Below the pieces are notes generated by a model, which ran no database searches, was not told the origin of the DNA, and worked only from the letters and a program-made list of their open reading frames with translations. The translations under genes and the position numbers were made by a program. DNA of 64,000 nucleotides from an uncultured Flavipsychrobacter sp. (GTDB lineage: Bacteria; Bacteroidota; Bacteroidia; Chitinophagales; Chitinophagaceae), in assembly GCA_964489795.1 (NCBI GenBank), contig CAZBAP010000001.1:199818-263817 (forward strand), read 5' to 3'. Positions 29,547 to 39,638 of this stretch are shown in pieces (within the stretch, counting starts at the first letter, position 1; every line of letters starts with the position of its first letter).

Positions 29547-30845
29547 TTATCGGCTGAACAAGTGGTAGACATCTTTATAAAATACCACCATATCCTGGGG
29601 CGCTTCAGCCGGCATATAAACCACAAATACAGGTACAGGCACATCAATATTAATGGGAACAGGCTTCTGGTCTTTCAAACACGCCTTGAGATAACTACTG
29701 TCTATCGTATTCAAAAGATAGTTACCCAGCTCGATCGGTTTTTCGACACGTATGCATCCATGACTGAAAAAACGCGTCTTTGATAAAAAGGCAAGTTTAT
29801 AATTTGTATCGTGCATATAAACACTGAAAGGATCTGTAAGATTAAACTTGATTACACCAAGAGAGTTACCACACCCGGTACACTGCCTGAACATGAATGG
29901 TAAATTACTGTGGTTGTATTTAGTCCAGTTAATGTTGTGGTGGTCAATTACGCTCCCGTTTTTATCTATGACTTGTATATCCATTTCATCTATCATAGCT
30001 GGATTCTTCCTGAAACGAGGAAGGAGTTCCTTTACAGCAATGCTCCTGGGAACATTCCAATAAGGATACAATACTACCTGATTACACCATGTAGCAAACC
30101 GGGGTGATTTGGTCGAAGGTTTACCTGCAACCACGTTCATGCTCAACCTCTGGCTGTCCTTTTCGTAGTATCTAAGTGTAGCCGACGGGATATTGACAAC
30201 AATAAATTTATCGAATTGGAAGTGATGGGCCCAGCGATATAAATTGATACTCACTGACAGCAGGTTCGTATTGCGCAGGTTCCCGGATATGATCTGCCTG
30301 CTTAGTTCGTTTTTTAGGGTCGCATATTCCCGGTCTATAGGCTCCAGGCCACGAAGCATAATATCGACTTCGGAAGACGAATTGACACTTGCGATCATTT
30401 TCAACAAGTATTCATTATCGGCTTCAGAGTATTTAGCCGATACTTCATCACTTTTTATCCATTTCTGAATATTATAACCCTGGTATACATCTTTGCAGAA
30501 AGCAATAACCATATCAGTAAATAACCTGTCTGATCTTATTAACTCCAGAGTATCGTTGACAGTTATGCTCTCCTTAAATTCCAATCTATTATATCTTTTT
30601 TTGTCCAGTCCATAAAATTCGGAGCTGTCAATGATCTGCAGAAAACGATGCCTGATGTTTGGAGAGGTGGTCGATGCATACCAGAACACTTGTTGTTTTC
30701 TGAGACTGTAGAATTTATTTACAAGATCCGGGTGCGAGAGTTTCAACGGCTCAATATGGTTCTTCGGTCGATTCTGTGAGTGGGCACTATTCCCGGTCAA
30801 ACAAACGACAAATATCGAGAACGAAATGAGTTTCTTAATTAACAT
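29547..30845 (-). CDS. L,D-transpeptidase (YcbB/YkuD family)
   Basis: VNIPS, PYWNVPRSI, YMHDT...FSHGCIRV catalytic His/Cys motif. Confidence 0.9.
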   Translation of the reverse strand: MLIKKLISFSIFVVCLTGNSAHSQNRPKNHIEPLKLSHPDLVNKFYSLRKQQVFWYASTTSPNIRHRFLQIIDSSEFYGLDKKRYNRLEFKESITVNDTLELIRSDRLFTDMVIAFCKDVYQGYNIQKWIKSDEVSAKYSEADNEYLLKMIASVNSSSEVDIMLRGLEPIDREYATLKNELSRQIISGNLRNTNLLSVSINLYRWAHHFQFDKFIVVNIPSATLRYYEKDSQRLSMNVVAGKPSTKSPRFATWCNQVVLYPYWNVPRSIAVKELLPRFRKNPAMIDEMDIQVIDKNGSVIDHHNINWTKYNHSNLPFMFRQCTGCGNSLGVIKFNLTDPFSVYMHDTNYKLAFLSKTRFFSHGCIRVEKPIELGNYLLNTIDSSYLKACLKDQKPVPINIDVPVPVFVVYMPAEAPQDMVVFYKDVYHLFSR

Positions 30846-30847
30846 AA

Positions 30848-32134
30848 TTATAGATGTTTTATCATTCGCCCAAATCTTTGATGATACGCCTTCTCGAGAG
30901 TTCCTCTGTGTGCCGGGTGAGCAATGCTTGTAAGCAATTGGGCCCGCTGTTCCAGGTTCTTACCAAATAGATTCACCACACCGTACTCGGTTGCTACGTA
31001 ATGAATATGGCCTCTTGTTGTAACCACGCCGGCGCCTTCATTCAAATGGGGTACTATTCTGGAAATGCCCTTGCTGGTAACAGAAGGTATGGCAATAATG
31101 GGTTTACCACCCTCAGAAAGTGCTGCGCCCCGCATAAAATCCATTTGTCCTCCAATACCTGAATACTGATATGTACCGATAGAATCAGCACAGACCTGCC
31201 CGGTAATATCAATCTCTATAGCACTATTTATAGATACCACTTTGGGGTTTCTACAAATAACGTTGACATCATTCACAAAGGCAACGTCCATACAATTGAC
31301 GTAAGGGTTATTATCCACGAAATCATACACCTTGCGGGTGCCCAAAACAAACGAACTCACGATTTTTCCCGGTGACACTTTCTTTTTGGAATTCGTGATC
31401 ACTCCTTTTTGCACAAGTGGTATTATACCATCTGAAAACATCTCAGTATGTATTCCAATATCCTTGTGATTGTTCAGTGCACTTAAAATAGCATTAGGTA
31501 TGGCTCCTACACCCATTTGCAAGGTAGCCCCATCTTCTATAAGTGAGGCAACCTGATGTGCTATTTTATCGGATACTTCATCAGTTTTGCCGGCATAGTC
31601 TAATTCAAATAATTCTGCTTCTTCCCATATCATTGCATCAAAACGGGATACATGGATAATACCATCACCTAAGACACGTGGCATACGCGGATTAACCTGG
31701 GCAATGATTCTTTTCGCATTCCTGGCCGCACTGATTGCAATATCTGCCGATGTACCAAATGTGCAAAAGCCATGTTGATCAGGAGGAGATACATGTAGCA
31801 GCGCAACGTCCAGCGGCAGGTAACCTTTATCAAATAATTGAGGTATCTCGCTAAGAAACACGGGTATATACCCTCCCCGCTCCGAGTTAACCCACTCTCG
31901 TGTGTTTTCTGATACAAATAAGGAATTAAAATAAAAGCAGTCTAAAACTTCAGGCCGATTCCAATCGATTTCTCCATGAGTACTGATCGCAACAAGTTCA
32001 ATATTGTTGATACTACCTGCATGTTTAAGGAGGGCGTCAATCAATTTCAGCGGTGTTGCAGCGCTTCCATGAATAAAAACTCTGTTTCCGCTTTCTACCA
32101 ACTGTACCGCGTTTTCGGCGTCTATATAGTTCAA
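30848..32134 (-). CDS. Acetyl-CoA hydrolase/CoA-transferase
   Basis: TLQMGVGAIP, HTEMFSDG, SGIGGQMDF, VATEYG. Start moved to TTG 32134 because the -7 element at 32156-32149 lies inside the track's N-terminus. Confidence 0.9.
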   Translation of the reverse strand: MNYIDAENAVQLVESGNRVFIHGSAATPLKLIDALLKHAGSINNIELVAISTHGEIDWNRPEVLDCFYFNSLFVSENTREWVNSERGGYIPVFLSEIPQLFDKGYLPLDVALLHVSPPDQHGFCTFGTSADIAISAARNAKRIIAQVNPRMPRVLGDGIIHVSRFDAMIWEEAELFELDYAGKTDEVSDKIAHQVASLIEDGATLQMGVGAIPNAILSALNNHKDIGIHTEMFSDGIIPLVQKGVITNSKKKVSPGKIVSSFVLGTRKVYDFVDNNPYVNCMDVAFVNDVNVICRNPKVVSINSAIEIDITGQVCADSIGTYQYSGIGGQMDFMRGAALSEGGKPIIAIPSVTSKGISRIVPHLNEGAGVVTTRGHIHYVATEYGVVNLFGKNLEQRAQLLTSIAHPAHRGTLEKAYHQRFGRMIKHL

Positions 32135-32148
32135 TTTGCTATTTTCCT

Positions 32149-32213
32149 CAAAGATATCTTCACTAACAATCGCCGGGAATGACATAAAACAGCAGACTAA
32201 ATGACCTCCGTCA
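32149..32213 (-). promoter_or_regulatory. Tandem boxes plus -7 element (CoA hydrolase promoter)
   Basis: TGACATAAAACA 32180, TGACCTCCGTCA 32202, TATCTTTG 32156-32149. Confidence 0.75.
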
Positions 32214-32402
32214 TTCGGACATGCATATCATCTCGGTAGTTCTGCTTCCTAAACTTGTTGAAAAGTGTTACAAAACAGCGTATAGTGCTCCTATGGCAGG
32301 CAGGCCAAAAATACATATTATCAACATAAATGCCGCGACAAACACTAAAATGTATCATGCCAAAAAGGAAAGTACGTATGAAAATATATCTTTCCGTAAA
32401 AA

Positions 32403-32888
32403 TCAGACATTGGTTTTGGCCTCAGATTTATTTTTATACTTGCGTAAATGCAAATCCTTTGCTTCTTCTATTGAGTGAGACTCTGATAAGTCCTTATCAT
32501 TTTTAGCCATCGCGCTTAATTTGCGAAAATAACCGGTTAGTATTTTTAGTTCTTCTTCTGACAGATCTTCTACATTAATCAGGCGGTTACTTGGCCCTTT
32601 TAATGAAGCGATCAATTCATTAAGTTTCAAATGAATCGCTTGCGAGTCTTTATTTTGCCTCCGTTGAATGAGAAAAACCATTAAAAAAGTTATTATTGTA
32701 GTGCCTGTATTTACAACCAACTGCCAGGTATCGGAAAATCCGTAGATCGGTCCGGTAAGCAACCAGAGAATTATGATCAGTAAAGCAATAATAAATGCTT
32801 TTGTAGTGCCCGTAAAGACGGTTGCAAAGTGAGACAGGCGCTCAAATATATTTAGGTTACTACTTTTCTTATTATCTACTCGTTTCAT
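32403..32888 (-). CDS. Low-affinity iron permease (Fet4-like) family protein
   Basis: FSDTWQLVVNTGTTIITFLMVFLIQ...AIHLKLNELI. Confidence 0.88.
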   Translation of the reverse strand: MKRVDNKKSSNLNIFERLSHFATVFTGTTKAFIIALLIIILWLLTGPIYGFSDTWQLVVNTGTTIITFLMVFLIQRRQNKDSQAIHLKLNELIASLKGPSNRLINVEDLSEEELKILTGYFRKLSAMAKNDKDLSESHSIEEAKDLHLRKYKNKSEAKTNV

Positions 32889-32927
32889 TTCTTAGTCATT
32901 AACAATGATCAGCCAATTTTTAATTCG

Positions 32928-33572
32928 TCATTCAAGCCCTTTCAAATGTCTTTTCAAAAAAATTGCTAACATTAACATTGCCAGGGGTGCAGTCACCACC
33001 CATGGCAAACCAAGGAACAATAATTTATTCGAATAAGTTGGATAGAAGTACACGAAGGCAATCAACGGTGTTACCATTCCATTTGCTAACAACGAGATTC
33101 TGACCCATTTTTGGAATCCCGTTCTCACAAAAACAGGTATCGCAAAAAATGTTGCTATTCCCATAGAAATGTACCCAATAGCATCAAAGTCCCAAAAGAG
33201 AGAATGTGGTGTCTGGTCAAGAACTTTTACCAGATCATAAGTTCCATTTAACTTATGTGGCAGAACTGTTGTTAATTGAACAACATAATTAGCTGTAACA
33301 AACACTGCGTAAATAACAGAAAAGGTGGAAGCCATATGGCTCCAGAATTTTTTTTCATGAGGTGTTAAGTAATGAAGGGCCAGTATCTCAACAATAAAAG
33401 GGATTACTATTCCAAGAGACGAGCCATATATCAATATTTCGTCCACCGGAAAATGGAAAACCCCTATTACCTGCAGCACCTGGATGATTGAATAAGCGGC
33501 CGCGAAAGCAAATGCAAGTATTCCTGCATAGTAACCGAGTTTAGCTACAGCAATATCTGTCTTAGCGGCCAT
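32928..33572 (-). CDS. Hypothetical multi-pass membrane protein
   Basis: 214 aa, about 6 hydrophobic segments. Confidence 0.7.
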   Translation of the reverse strand: MAAKTDIAVAKLGYYAGILAFAFAAAYSIIQVLQVIGVFHFPVDEILIYGSSLGIVIPFIVEILALHYLTPHEKKFWSHMASTFSVIYAVFVTANYVVQLTTVLPHKLNGTYDLVKVLDQTPHSLFWDFDAIGYISMGIATFFAIPVFVRTGFQKWVRISLLANGMVTPLIAFVYFYPTYSNKLLFLGLPWVVTAPLAMLMLAIFLKRHLKGLE

Positions 33573-33627
33573 TTAATAAACTAAATATTCAATTGAAGAG
33601 TTACGGTGCAAGTTTTTTTCGATGATA

Positions 33628-33756
33628 CTATTGTAAAAACTTCTCATAATCCTCTATTTGGGAAAAGTAGACCTCTTCATTCCCATTAAATACACGTCTG
33701 GTCAAATGCGCTATACTTTGTAGCAGATTGTTGGTGACATGAATAAATGTTTTCAT
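33628..33756 (-). CDS. 42-aa small ORF
   Basis: MKTFIHVTNNLLQSIAHLTRRVFNGNEEVYFSQIEDYEKFLQ; A-rich leader; directly downstream of a box-type promoter. Confidence 0.45.
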   Translation of the reverse strand: MKTFIHVTNNLLQSIAHLTRRVFNGNEEVYFSQIEDYEKFLQ

Positions 33757-33787
33757 TTTTTTTAAATTTTTATGTGATATCTGCGTA

Positions 33788-33852
33788 CAAATCTAATTTC
33801 ACTTCGTGAAGCGAAAAATGATGGCAGTCACACTTGTTGCTGACATAAGTCA
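33788..33852 (-). promoter_or_regulatory. Tandem boxes plus -7 element
   Basis: TGATGGCAGTCA 33819, TGACATAAGTCA 33841, TAGATTTG 33795-33788. Confidence 0.8.
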
Positions 33853-33948
33853 TTAATTCTTGCAATCCTCCAATGTACAGCGTCAGTGTTTTCACGGCCC
33901 CGATCAACAAATATCCCGCAATAATCTTATCTGATCGTGTGATATTTT

Positions 33949-34563
33949 CTATTTGGTTATCGGTTGCCGGATGATTGTTTTTAATTTTTCGGGGGCGGTT
34001 CGGCGCATATCATTCAGGTAGATCTCCCGGTGTTTCCCGCGAAGTTTGTAGCCGTTATCTTTAATAAAAGTATGGAGTTTTACGATTGTTGGAGGTTCCG
34101 CGCTATAGGATCCTACGTAAAGCACTTGCGCGCATAGACCTTCGTTCATAGCCTCAAATCTTACCTGGTCTAATGCTTCAACATGCTTCCTTGCAGTAAC
34201 CAGCTTTTTTGCTTCGGCAACAATAGCCTTCTTAACAAAATCCGGCTGCATGATCATAAGCGTCCATTTCCATTTGGACTTATCCTCCATAGAGAAATTT
34301 TCCATGTCGTCGGTCCACCACAATCCCTCAAGCGGCATTACACTGTAATCAATTTGTTGTTCACCTTTTTTGAACATGAACTTGATGGTGTATGAAAGGC
34401 TATACAAAGCCTCTATTGCCTCCTGGAATTGTTTTGAATTGTTCGGGTCTCCAACGCCATCTACCATCAGGTAATTCTGTTTCGGAACAGTAACAATTTC
34501 CATTTTCTTAGCAGACGCTTTGTAAAGGCCGGCGAATTCTTTTTTTAAGTCAATTTTTCTCAT
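33949..34563 (-). CDS. GyrI-like small-molecule-binding protein
   Basis: MVDGVGDPN, VMPLEGLWW, WTLMIMQP, HREIYLND. Confidence 0.88.
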   Translation of the reverse strand: MRKIDLKKEFAGLYKASAKKMEIVTVPKQNYLMVDGVGDPNNSKQFQEAIEALYSLSYTIKFMFKKGEQQIDYSVMPLEGLWWTDDMENFSMEDKSKWKWTLMIMQPDFVKKAIVAEAKKLVTARKHVEALDQVRFEAMNEGLCAQVLYVGSYSAEPPTIVKLHTFIKDNGYKLRGKHREIYLNDMRRTAPEKLKTIIRQPITK

Positions 34564-34576
34564 GATTGGTTATTTT

Positions 34577-34747
34577 TTAATGATCGGTTTTGATGTTACG
34601 TCTTTTCATTTCTTCCTTCAGTTTTTCGGGAATGTCTTCCCTGCAATGGCAATGCTTCAAATGCGCCAGGTGCCATTTAATTCTTTGCTCTATAGTTGGG
34701 TTCTTTGGCATTGGATGACTCAAATGCCATTCCTTGTTAATTTGCAT
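34577..34747 (-). CDS. 56-aa His/Cys-rich small protein
   Basis: Hand translation MQINKEWHLSHPMPKNPTIEQRIKWHLAHLKHCHCREDIPEKLKEEMKRRNIKTDH; starts 2 nt after the upstream stop and fills the operon gap. Confidence 0.7.
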   Translation of the reverse strand: MQINKEWHLSHPMPKNPTIEQRIKWHLAHLKHCHCREDIPEKLKEEMKRRNIKTDH

Positions 34748-34749
34748 TG

Positions 34750-35262
34750 TCAAGCTTCTTTTGATGACTTTATAGTTTTTGACTTTTTATTGTTGAAATT
34801 CCACAAATAGTTTTTATCATCCTTCCTGAGGATGAAATATGCCGCCAATGAAACGGAAATAGAGAACGGAAATCCGGCACCAATACCCAAAGGTGCGATG
34901 CACAGAAAAAAAATAATTGCCCCAATACAAGCAAGTTTCATCCAAATGCCATTTAATGACATACCTATGGCTATCAAGGCCTGGCCTATGGAAATAAGGC
35001 TTACCATCGTTGTAATGTGTTCTGCGAACCAGCCACTGATAAAACCTCTGTAGAACCTGGCGGCAAACTGTGAGTACTCAAGATACACCTCAGGTTTGGT
35101 ATGGCTGGTGGAATAGTTGGTCCAGCTAGCCCATGCAAATAACAATACAAAGAGTAACCTGGCAAGCTTTGTCTTTTTTACCGCCGCCCACAGGATCAAT
35201 ACCCCCAAGATATTAGATACGCTGTATGCAATAATAAGCAGTTGGCTATTACCGTAATCCAT
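34750..35262 (-). CDS. Hypothetical 4-5 TM membrane protein
   Basis: Hydrophobic segments; first gene of a three-gene unit. Confidence 0.7.
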   Translation of the reverse strand: MDYGNSQLLIIAYSVSNILGVLILWAAVKKTKLARLLFVLLFAWASWTNYSTSHTKPEVYLEYSQFAARFYRGFISGWFAEHITTMVSLISIGQALIAIGMSLNGIWMKLACIGAIIFFLCIAPLGIGAGFPFSISVSLAAYFILRKDDKNYLWNFNNKKSKTIKSSKEA

Positions 35263-35266
35263 ACCG

Positions 35267-35384
35267 CAAACTTATTGACTTCATATCCGGGATATGATGA
35301 CCAGGATAAGCACTAATGATGATCTAATCCATATCTTTTACTGACTATGGTCATGTAACCCTGTAAAATATGACTGTACGTTTG
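35267..35384. promoter_or_regulatory. Divergent promoters sharing three phased boxes
   Basis: Boxes at 35298, 35320, 35342 (22-bp steps); TAAGTTTG 35274-35267 (-) and TACGTTTG 35377 (+). Confidence 0.8.
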
Positions 35385-35390
35385 CATATT

Positions 35391-35688
35391 ATGAAACGAT
35401 TAAAAAAATAAGGTTGTAATTATTACCGGTGCAGCCGGAGGCATGGGCGCTGCTGAAGCAAAGTTATTCGCAGATGACTGAGCACATATAGTGGTAACAA
35501 ATATCCAGGAAGAAAAACTTGCGACATGGGTGGAGGACGCAAGAAGATCAGGGTTGTCGATCGAATACGTGACTAATGATGTCACCTTTCAAAATGACTG
35601 GCGAAAAATAATAGATAAAACGTTAGCCGTTTTTGGACGTATTGACATCCTTGTTAATAATGCCGGAGTATACCTACAGAAGAAATAA
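35391..35688 (+). pseudogene. Short-chain dehydrogenase/reductase pseudogene
   Basis: TGAAGGMG and IDILVNNAG motifs; +1 frameshift in the A7 run near 35402, in-frame TGA at 35479, truncated before the catalytic YxxxK. Confidence 0.85.
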
Positions 35689-35730
35689 AGCAGCTGATCG
35701 TCATTAAAATCGAAAACTAACAGTTCCCGC

Positions 35731-35795
35731 TAACGATAATCACCCCTCACTGTGACCGGCGTCATATATTGATAGTGGCCGGCAGAATAAGTTTG
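35731..35795 (+). promoter_or_regulatory. Tandem boxes plus -7 element
   Basis: TAACGATAATCA 35731, TGACCGGCGTCA 35753, TAAGTTTG 35788. Confidence 0.75.
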
Positions 35796-35816
35796 CTGTT
35801 AATTAAAAACAGGTAT

Positions 35817-36722
35817 ATGAGACTAAAACAAGCCCTTTTTTCCACCGCAACATTTGCTTTATTGTTTCTATTTGGCATGCCGAACGAAGCCGCAGCTAGT
35901 TCTAAAAAATTAAAGAAAGCTAAAGCAACTATAACAAAGCTCCAGAATACAAATAAGTCGCTCCAGGAACAAAATTCAAACTGCCGGGACACGACCATAA
36001 TACTGCGCGAGCAGATATTGGCTTTACAATCAGACATTGCCCTATTGAGAGTCCAGCTACAGGAGCGAAAAGAAAGCAATGAGCGTGTGCTGAACCACCT
36101 GAAAGACCTTTCGGTAATTTCCGGGACTCAGGCAGAGAGCATCAATAAGTTTCTCGAATCGATGGGCGCAAAAGACGCATATATCAACAACCTTCAATCT
36201 ATTATAGCCCGCAAAGACTCTATGACAATGGCCCTGGTTATGAACCTGAAAGGCGCTATTGGAAACATTGACGATCAGGACATAAACATAAAAATAGACA
36301 AGGGCGTAGTATATATTGACATTTCCGATAAAATGCTCTTTAAAACAGGCCGGTACGAGGTCACTGAGCGGGCCAAAGCAGTATTGGGCAAGGTGGCAAG
36401 GGTGCTGCTCAGTCATCCCGAAATAGAATTTATGGTAGAGGGACATACAGACGATGTACCCTATCGTGACGGCCTATTGCTCGACAATTGGGATCTGAGT
36501 GTTAAACGGGCGACTTCTGTAGTAAGGATATTGCAGTATGAATACAACATACCACCGGCAAAAATGACAGCTGCCGGAAGAGGAGAATTCGTCCCGATCT
36601 CTGATAACAACACAATCGAGGGCAAAGCAATGAACAGGAGAACGAGGATCGTGATACTGCCACAATTGGATCAGTTCTTTCAGTTATTGGAAAAAAACAA
36701 CAAATACTCACCTTCAAATTAA
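35817..36722 (+). CDS. OmpA/MotB-domain protein with coiled coil
   Basis: Signal peptide from ATG 35817; VEGHTD, NWDLSVKRA, NRRTRI. Confidence 0.88.
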   Translation: MRLKQALFSTATFALLFLFGMPNEAAASSKKLKKAKATITKLQNTNKSLQEQNSNCRDTTIILREQILALQSDIALLRVQLQERKESNERVLNHLKDLSVISGTQAESINKFLESMGAKDAYINNLQSIIARKDSMTMALVMNLKGAIGNIDDQDINIKIDKGVVYIDISDKMLFKTGRYEVTERAKAVLGKVARVLLSHPEIEFMVEGHTDDVPYRDGLLLDNWDLSVKRATSVVRILQYEYNIPPAKMTAAGRGEFVPISDNNTIEGKAMNRRTRIVILPQLDQFFQLLEKNNKYSPSN

Positions 36723-36789
36723 TAACACCTTACCCACGTAAAATGGCATTTGTTATACAGCTATTAAACTATTCTTTTAAAATAAAGAT

Positions 36790-37101
36790 ATGAACGAAAA
36801 TCTCATGGACCTGTTCCAAAAAGAAGCTCCGGAAGTAGCTAAAGCATTCGACGGGCTTATACAATCGCTGGTTTCTTCAAAAGGACTGGATGAAAAGACC
36901 AAGCAGCTGATCTACATTGCGATGAAAGCCGCTCAGGGAGACGGAACAGCCGTGAAGTTTCATGTGCAGATGGCAAAAAAACTTGGCGCTACAAAAGCCG
37001 AAGTTATAGATGCTGTTCTAATGACCCTGACCGTTTCAGGAATAAGAGGCGTTGTAACATGTTTGCCGGAAGCAGTGAGTCAATTTGAAGACCAGCAGTA
37101 A
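36790..37101 (+). CDS. Carboxymuconolactone decarboxylase (CMD) family protein
   Basis: LDEKTKQLIYIA, HVQMAKKLGAT..EV. Confidence 0.85.
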   Translation: MNENLMDLFQKEAPEVAKAFDGLIQSLVSSKGLDEKTKQLIYIAMKAAQGDGTAVKFHVQMAKKLGATKAEVIDAVLMTLTVSGIRGVVTCLPEAVSQFEDQQ

Positions 37102-37142
37102 TTATCCTCCCAGTATTATATAAATATAACACAAAATAAATA

Positions 37143-38084
37143 ATGAAATCTGATATGAGCCAGCATAATCAAACAAACCCGGATGTTATCAATAGTAGCA
37201 GGAAATCTGCAATAGGTTGGATATTTGCAGCCATACTGGCCATCATTTGCCTGTATCTGTTTAATAACCAGAGCAATTTAATAAAAAGCACCGATGCAGC
37301 TTTAAGGGAAAAACAACAAATAGTCGATTCCATTAAAACGGACCGGCTGTACCTGCAAGCCGACTTTGACGCTGCATCGGTCAGGATTGACCAGTTAATG
37401 TCACAAAATGCTGGTTTGCGTGACTCCATGCAGGATACTAAAACGACAATATCCGATCTGCAGAAGCAAATACGCGGAATCCTCAGCGATAAGAAGGCCA
37501 CACGCGAAGAACTGATGAAAGCAAGAAACCTGATATCTATGCTCAACGATAAAACACAGGCATACGAACGCCATATTGCCGAAATTGAAAGGGACAATAC
37601 TGTGTTGACGGGCGAAAAAAAGATCCTTGAAGAAGAGCGTGATGCAACAGTAGAACAAAATATCGCGCTCAAAATGACCGGATCGGTACTGCACGCATCT
37701 AACATACGGATGCAGCTTGTCCATCAGCGCCCTAATGGAAAAGAAGTCACAACTTCAAAAGCTAAAAAGGTGGATAAGATCCTCATCACGTTTGATATTG
37801 ATGAGAACCGCATTGCAGAAAGCGGAACCAAACAAATATATATTCGTATCGTGGGCCCGGATCAGATGGTGATGTTTGCCTCTGATATGTCGGGTATGCT
37901 GAATACAATACAAGGCGATAGAATACGCTATTCTATACTGAAGGAGGTGGATCTTGTTAAGGACCAACCTATAAAAAATATTGACGCGGAGTGGCCGAAA
38001 GATATTTATCTGAAAGGTGAATATCATGTAGAGCTATATAATGGAGGGTATAAGATTGGCCAGGGTGATGTGAAAATGAAATGA
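37143..38084 (+). CDS. Hypothetical protein (TM anchor, coiled coil, C-terminal beta domain)
   Basis: Long ORF with one N-terminal TM segment and heptad-rich middle. Confidence 0.7.
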   Translation: MKSDMSQHNQTNPDVINSSRKSAIGWIFAAILAIICLYLFNNQSNLIKSTDAALREKQQIVDSIKTDRLYLQADFDAASVRIDQLMSQNAGLRDSMQDTKTTISDLQKQIRGILSDKKATREELMKARNLISMLNDKTQAYERHIAEIERDNTVLTGEKKILEEERDATVEQNIALKMTGSVLHASNIRMQLVHQRPNGKEVTTSKAKKVDKILITFDIDENRIAESGTKQIYIRIVGPDQMVMFASDMSGMLNTIQGDRIRYSILKEVDLVKDQPIKNIDAEWPKDIYLKGEYHVELYNGGYKIGQGDVKMK

Positions 38085-38417
38085 TCAATTAGCCCAAGGG
38101 TTGCAATTCACTTCCAAAATGGGTGCTTTATCTTGATTCCCTTTTATTACCTGGTTGCTCCGTTTTGAACCGGCAGCATATCAGTCATTATCCGGGTACC
38201 CGCATCTTTGCTCACCTGACTTTGCCTGTAGTGCCCAACAACCGTTATTGCCGTACCGCACGCCACGAATACAACAACATTGCGGTATGGAGCGGTAAAG
38301 CTCAGGAACATCCTGTTCTACCCGGATACACAAGGTTCTCCGCGTCAGCTTCAATTTAATGTACCCGGTTTGAAAACAATTGGAAATACGTTTGATCTAT
38401 GACATGATCAATAGGCA

Positions 38418-39638
38418 TTATTCATACCTTAGTGCATCTATCGGATTGAGGTGCGATGCCTTCCTGGCCGGATACCACCCGAAGAATATCCCCACTGCAG
38501 CGGAAAAAACAAATGAGAGAATGAGCGACGGGGCTGTAATGACTATAGGCCACCCCCCTAACCTGCCAACGATCGTGGAAGCTAATATTCCCAATAATAT
38601 CCCTGCAATGCCGCCGATAAAACTGATAATAACTGACTCTATCATAAATTGAATAAGGACATCTTTCCCTTTTGCACCTACAGCCATCCTTATTCCTATT
38701 TCACGCGTACGTTCGGTGACCGAAACAAGCATAATATTCATTATGCCGATACCTCCGACAACAAGTGATATACCTGCTATACTTGCCAGTAATATCGTCA
38801 TGATTCTTGATATCGATCCAAATATGTTTGCGATATCGGATTGCGACCGTACGGTAAAATCATCTTCGTCGGTCCGCGTCAGTTTATGCTGTATACGTAA
38901 TATGGAATTGATCTGAGCCTTGGCATTATCAATATCTTCTTCCGAATTTGCCGACGCAAGTATCATGTTCAGATAATTTGTAGATAACATTCGTTTCTGA
39001 ACCGTTGAAAAAGGAGCAATAATTATATCATCCTGGTCCTGCCCAAATGAGTTCTGGCCTTTTCTTTCCAGTACGCCTGTTACTTTAAACGGGATACTGT
39101 TGATACGGATGAATTTCCCCACCGCATCGTTACCGGGGCCAAAAAGATTATCAGAAACGGTAAGCCCGATTACACACACTTTAGCGGCAGTATGTTCATC
39201 GTCAGTGGAATATATCGCACCCCTGGCAATAATAAGGTTCCTGATTGAAAAATACTGGCTTTGGCTTCCAACCACCATTGTTCGCCAGTTTTGGTTGCCT
39301 GCGATGATTTGCGATGATTTCTGCACAACAGGAGTAACTTCCGTAACATATTCACATTTCGCGGCAATAGCCTCTGCGTCTTTTCGTGTCAAAACAGAAT
39401 ATGACCCGGCCCCGAGGTTTACCCCACCATGTGATATGGAACCCGGAAATATCATTATGGAGTTGGTGCCCAGGCTGGCTACGGAGGCCTGTATATTCTG
39501 CCGGGAGCCCTGTCCGATGGCTAGCATTGCAACAACCGAAGCTACGCCTATTATGATACCCAGCATAGTGAGTAAAACCCGTAATTTATTTCTGCTCAAA
39601 GAGCGATTGGCGATTTTTACCAGGTTAATGACTCTCAT
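38418..39638 (-). CDS. MacB-like ABC permease
   Basis: LTMLGIIIGV, GGIGIMNIMLVSVTERTREIG, PIDALRYE. Confidence 0.93.
   Translation of the reverse strand: MRVINLVKIANRSLSRNKLRVLLTMLGIIIGVASVVAMLAIGQGSRQNIQASVASLGTNSIMIFPGSISHGGVNLGAGSYSVLTRKDAEAIAAKCEYVTEVTPVVQKSSQIIAGNQNWRTMVVGSQSQYFSIRNLIIARGAIYSTDDEHTAAKVCVIGLTVSDNLFGPGNDAVGKFIRINSIPFKVTGVLERKGQNSFGQDQDDIIIAPFSTVQKRMLSTNYLNMILASANSEEDIDNAKAQINSILRIQHKLTRTDEDDFTVRSQSDIANIFGSISRIMTILLASIAGISLVVGGIGIMNIMLVSVTERTREIGIRMAVGAKGKDVLIQFMIESVIISFIGGIAGILLGILASTIVGRLGGWPIVITAPSLILSFVFSAAVGIFFGWYPARKASHLNPIDALRYE

Noticed and set aside
35479..35481. In-frame TGA as recoding (selenocysteine or alternative code)
   Set aside because: The same gene also has a frameshift and truncation, and TGA ends many intact genes here.
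38400..38410. TGACATGATCA as another regulatory box
   Set aside because: 3-nt spacer, no partner at 22 bp, and it lies between convergent gene ends.
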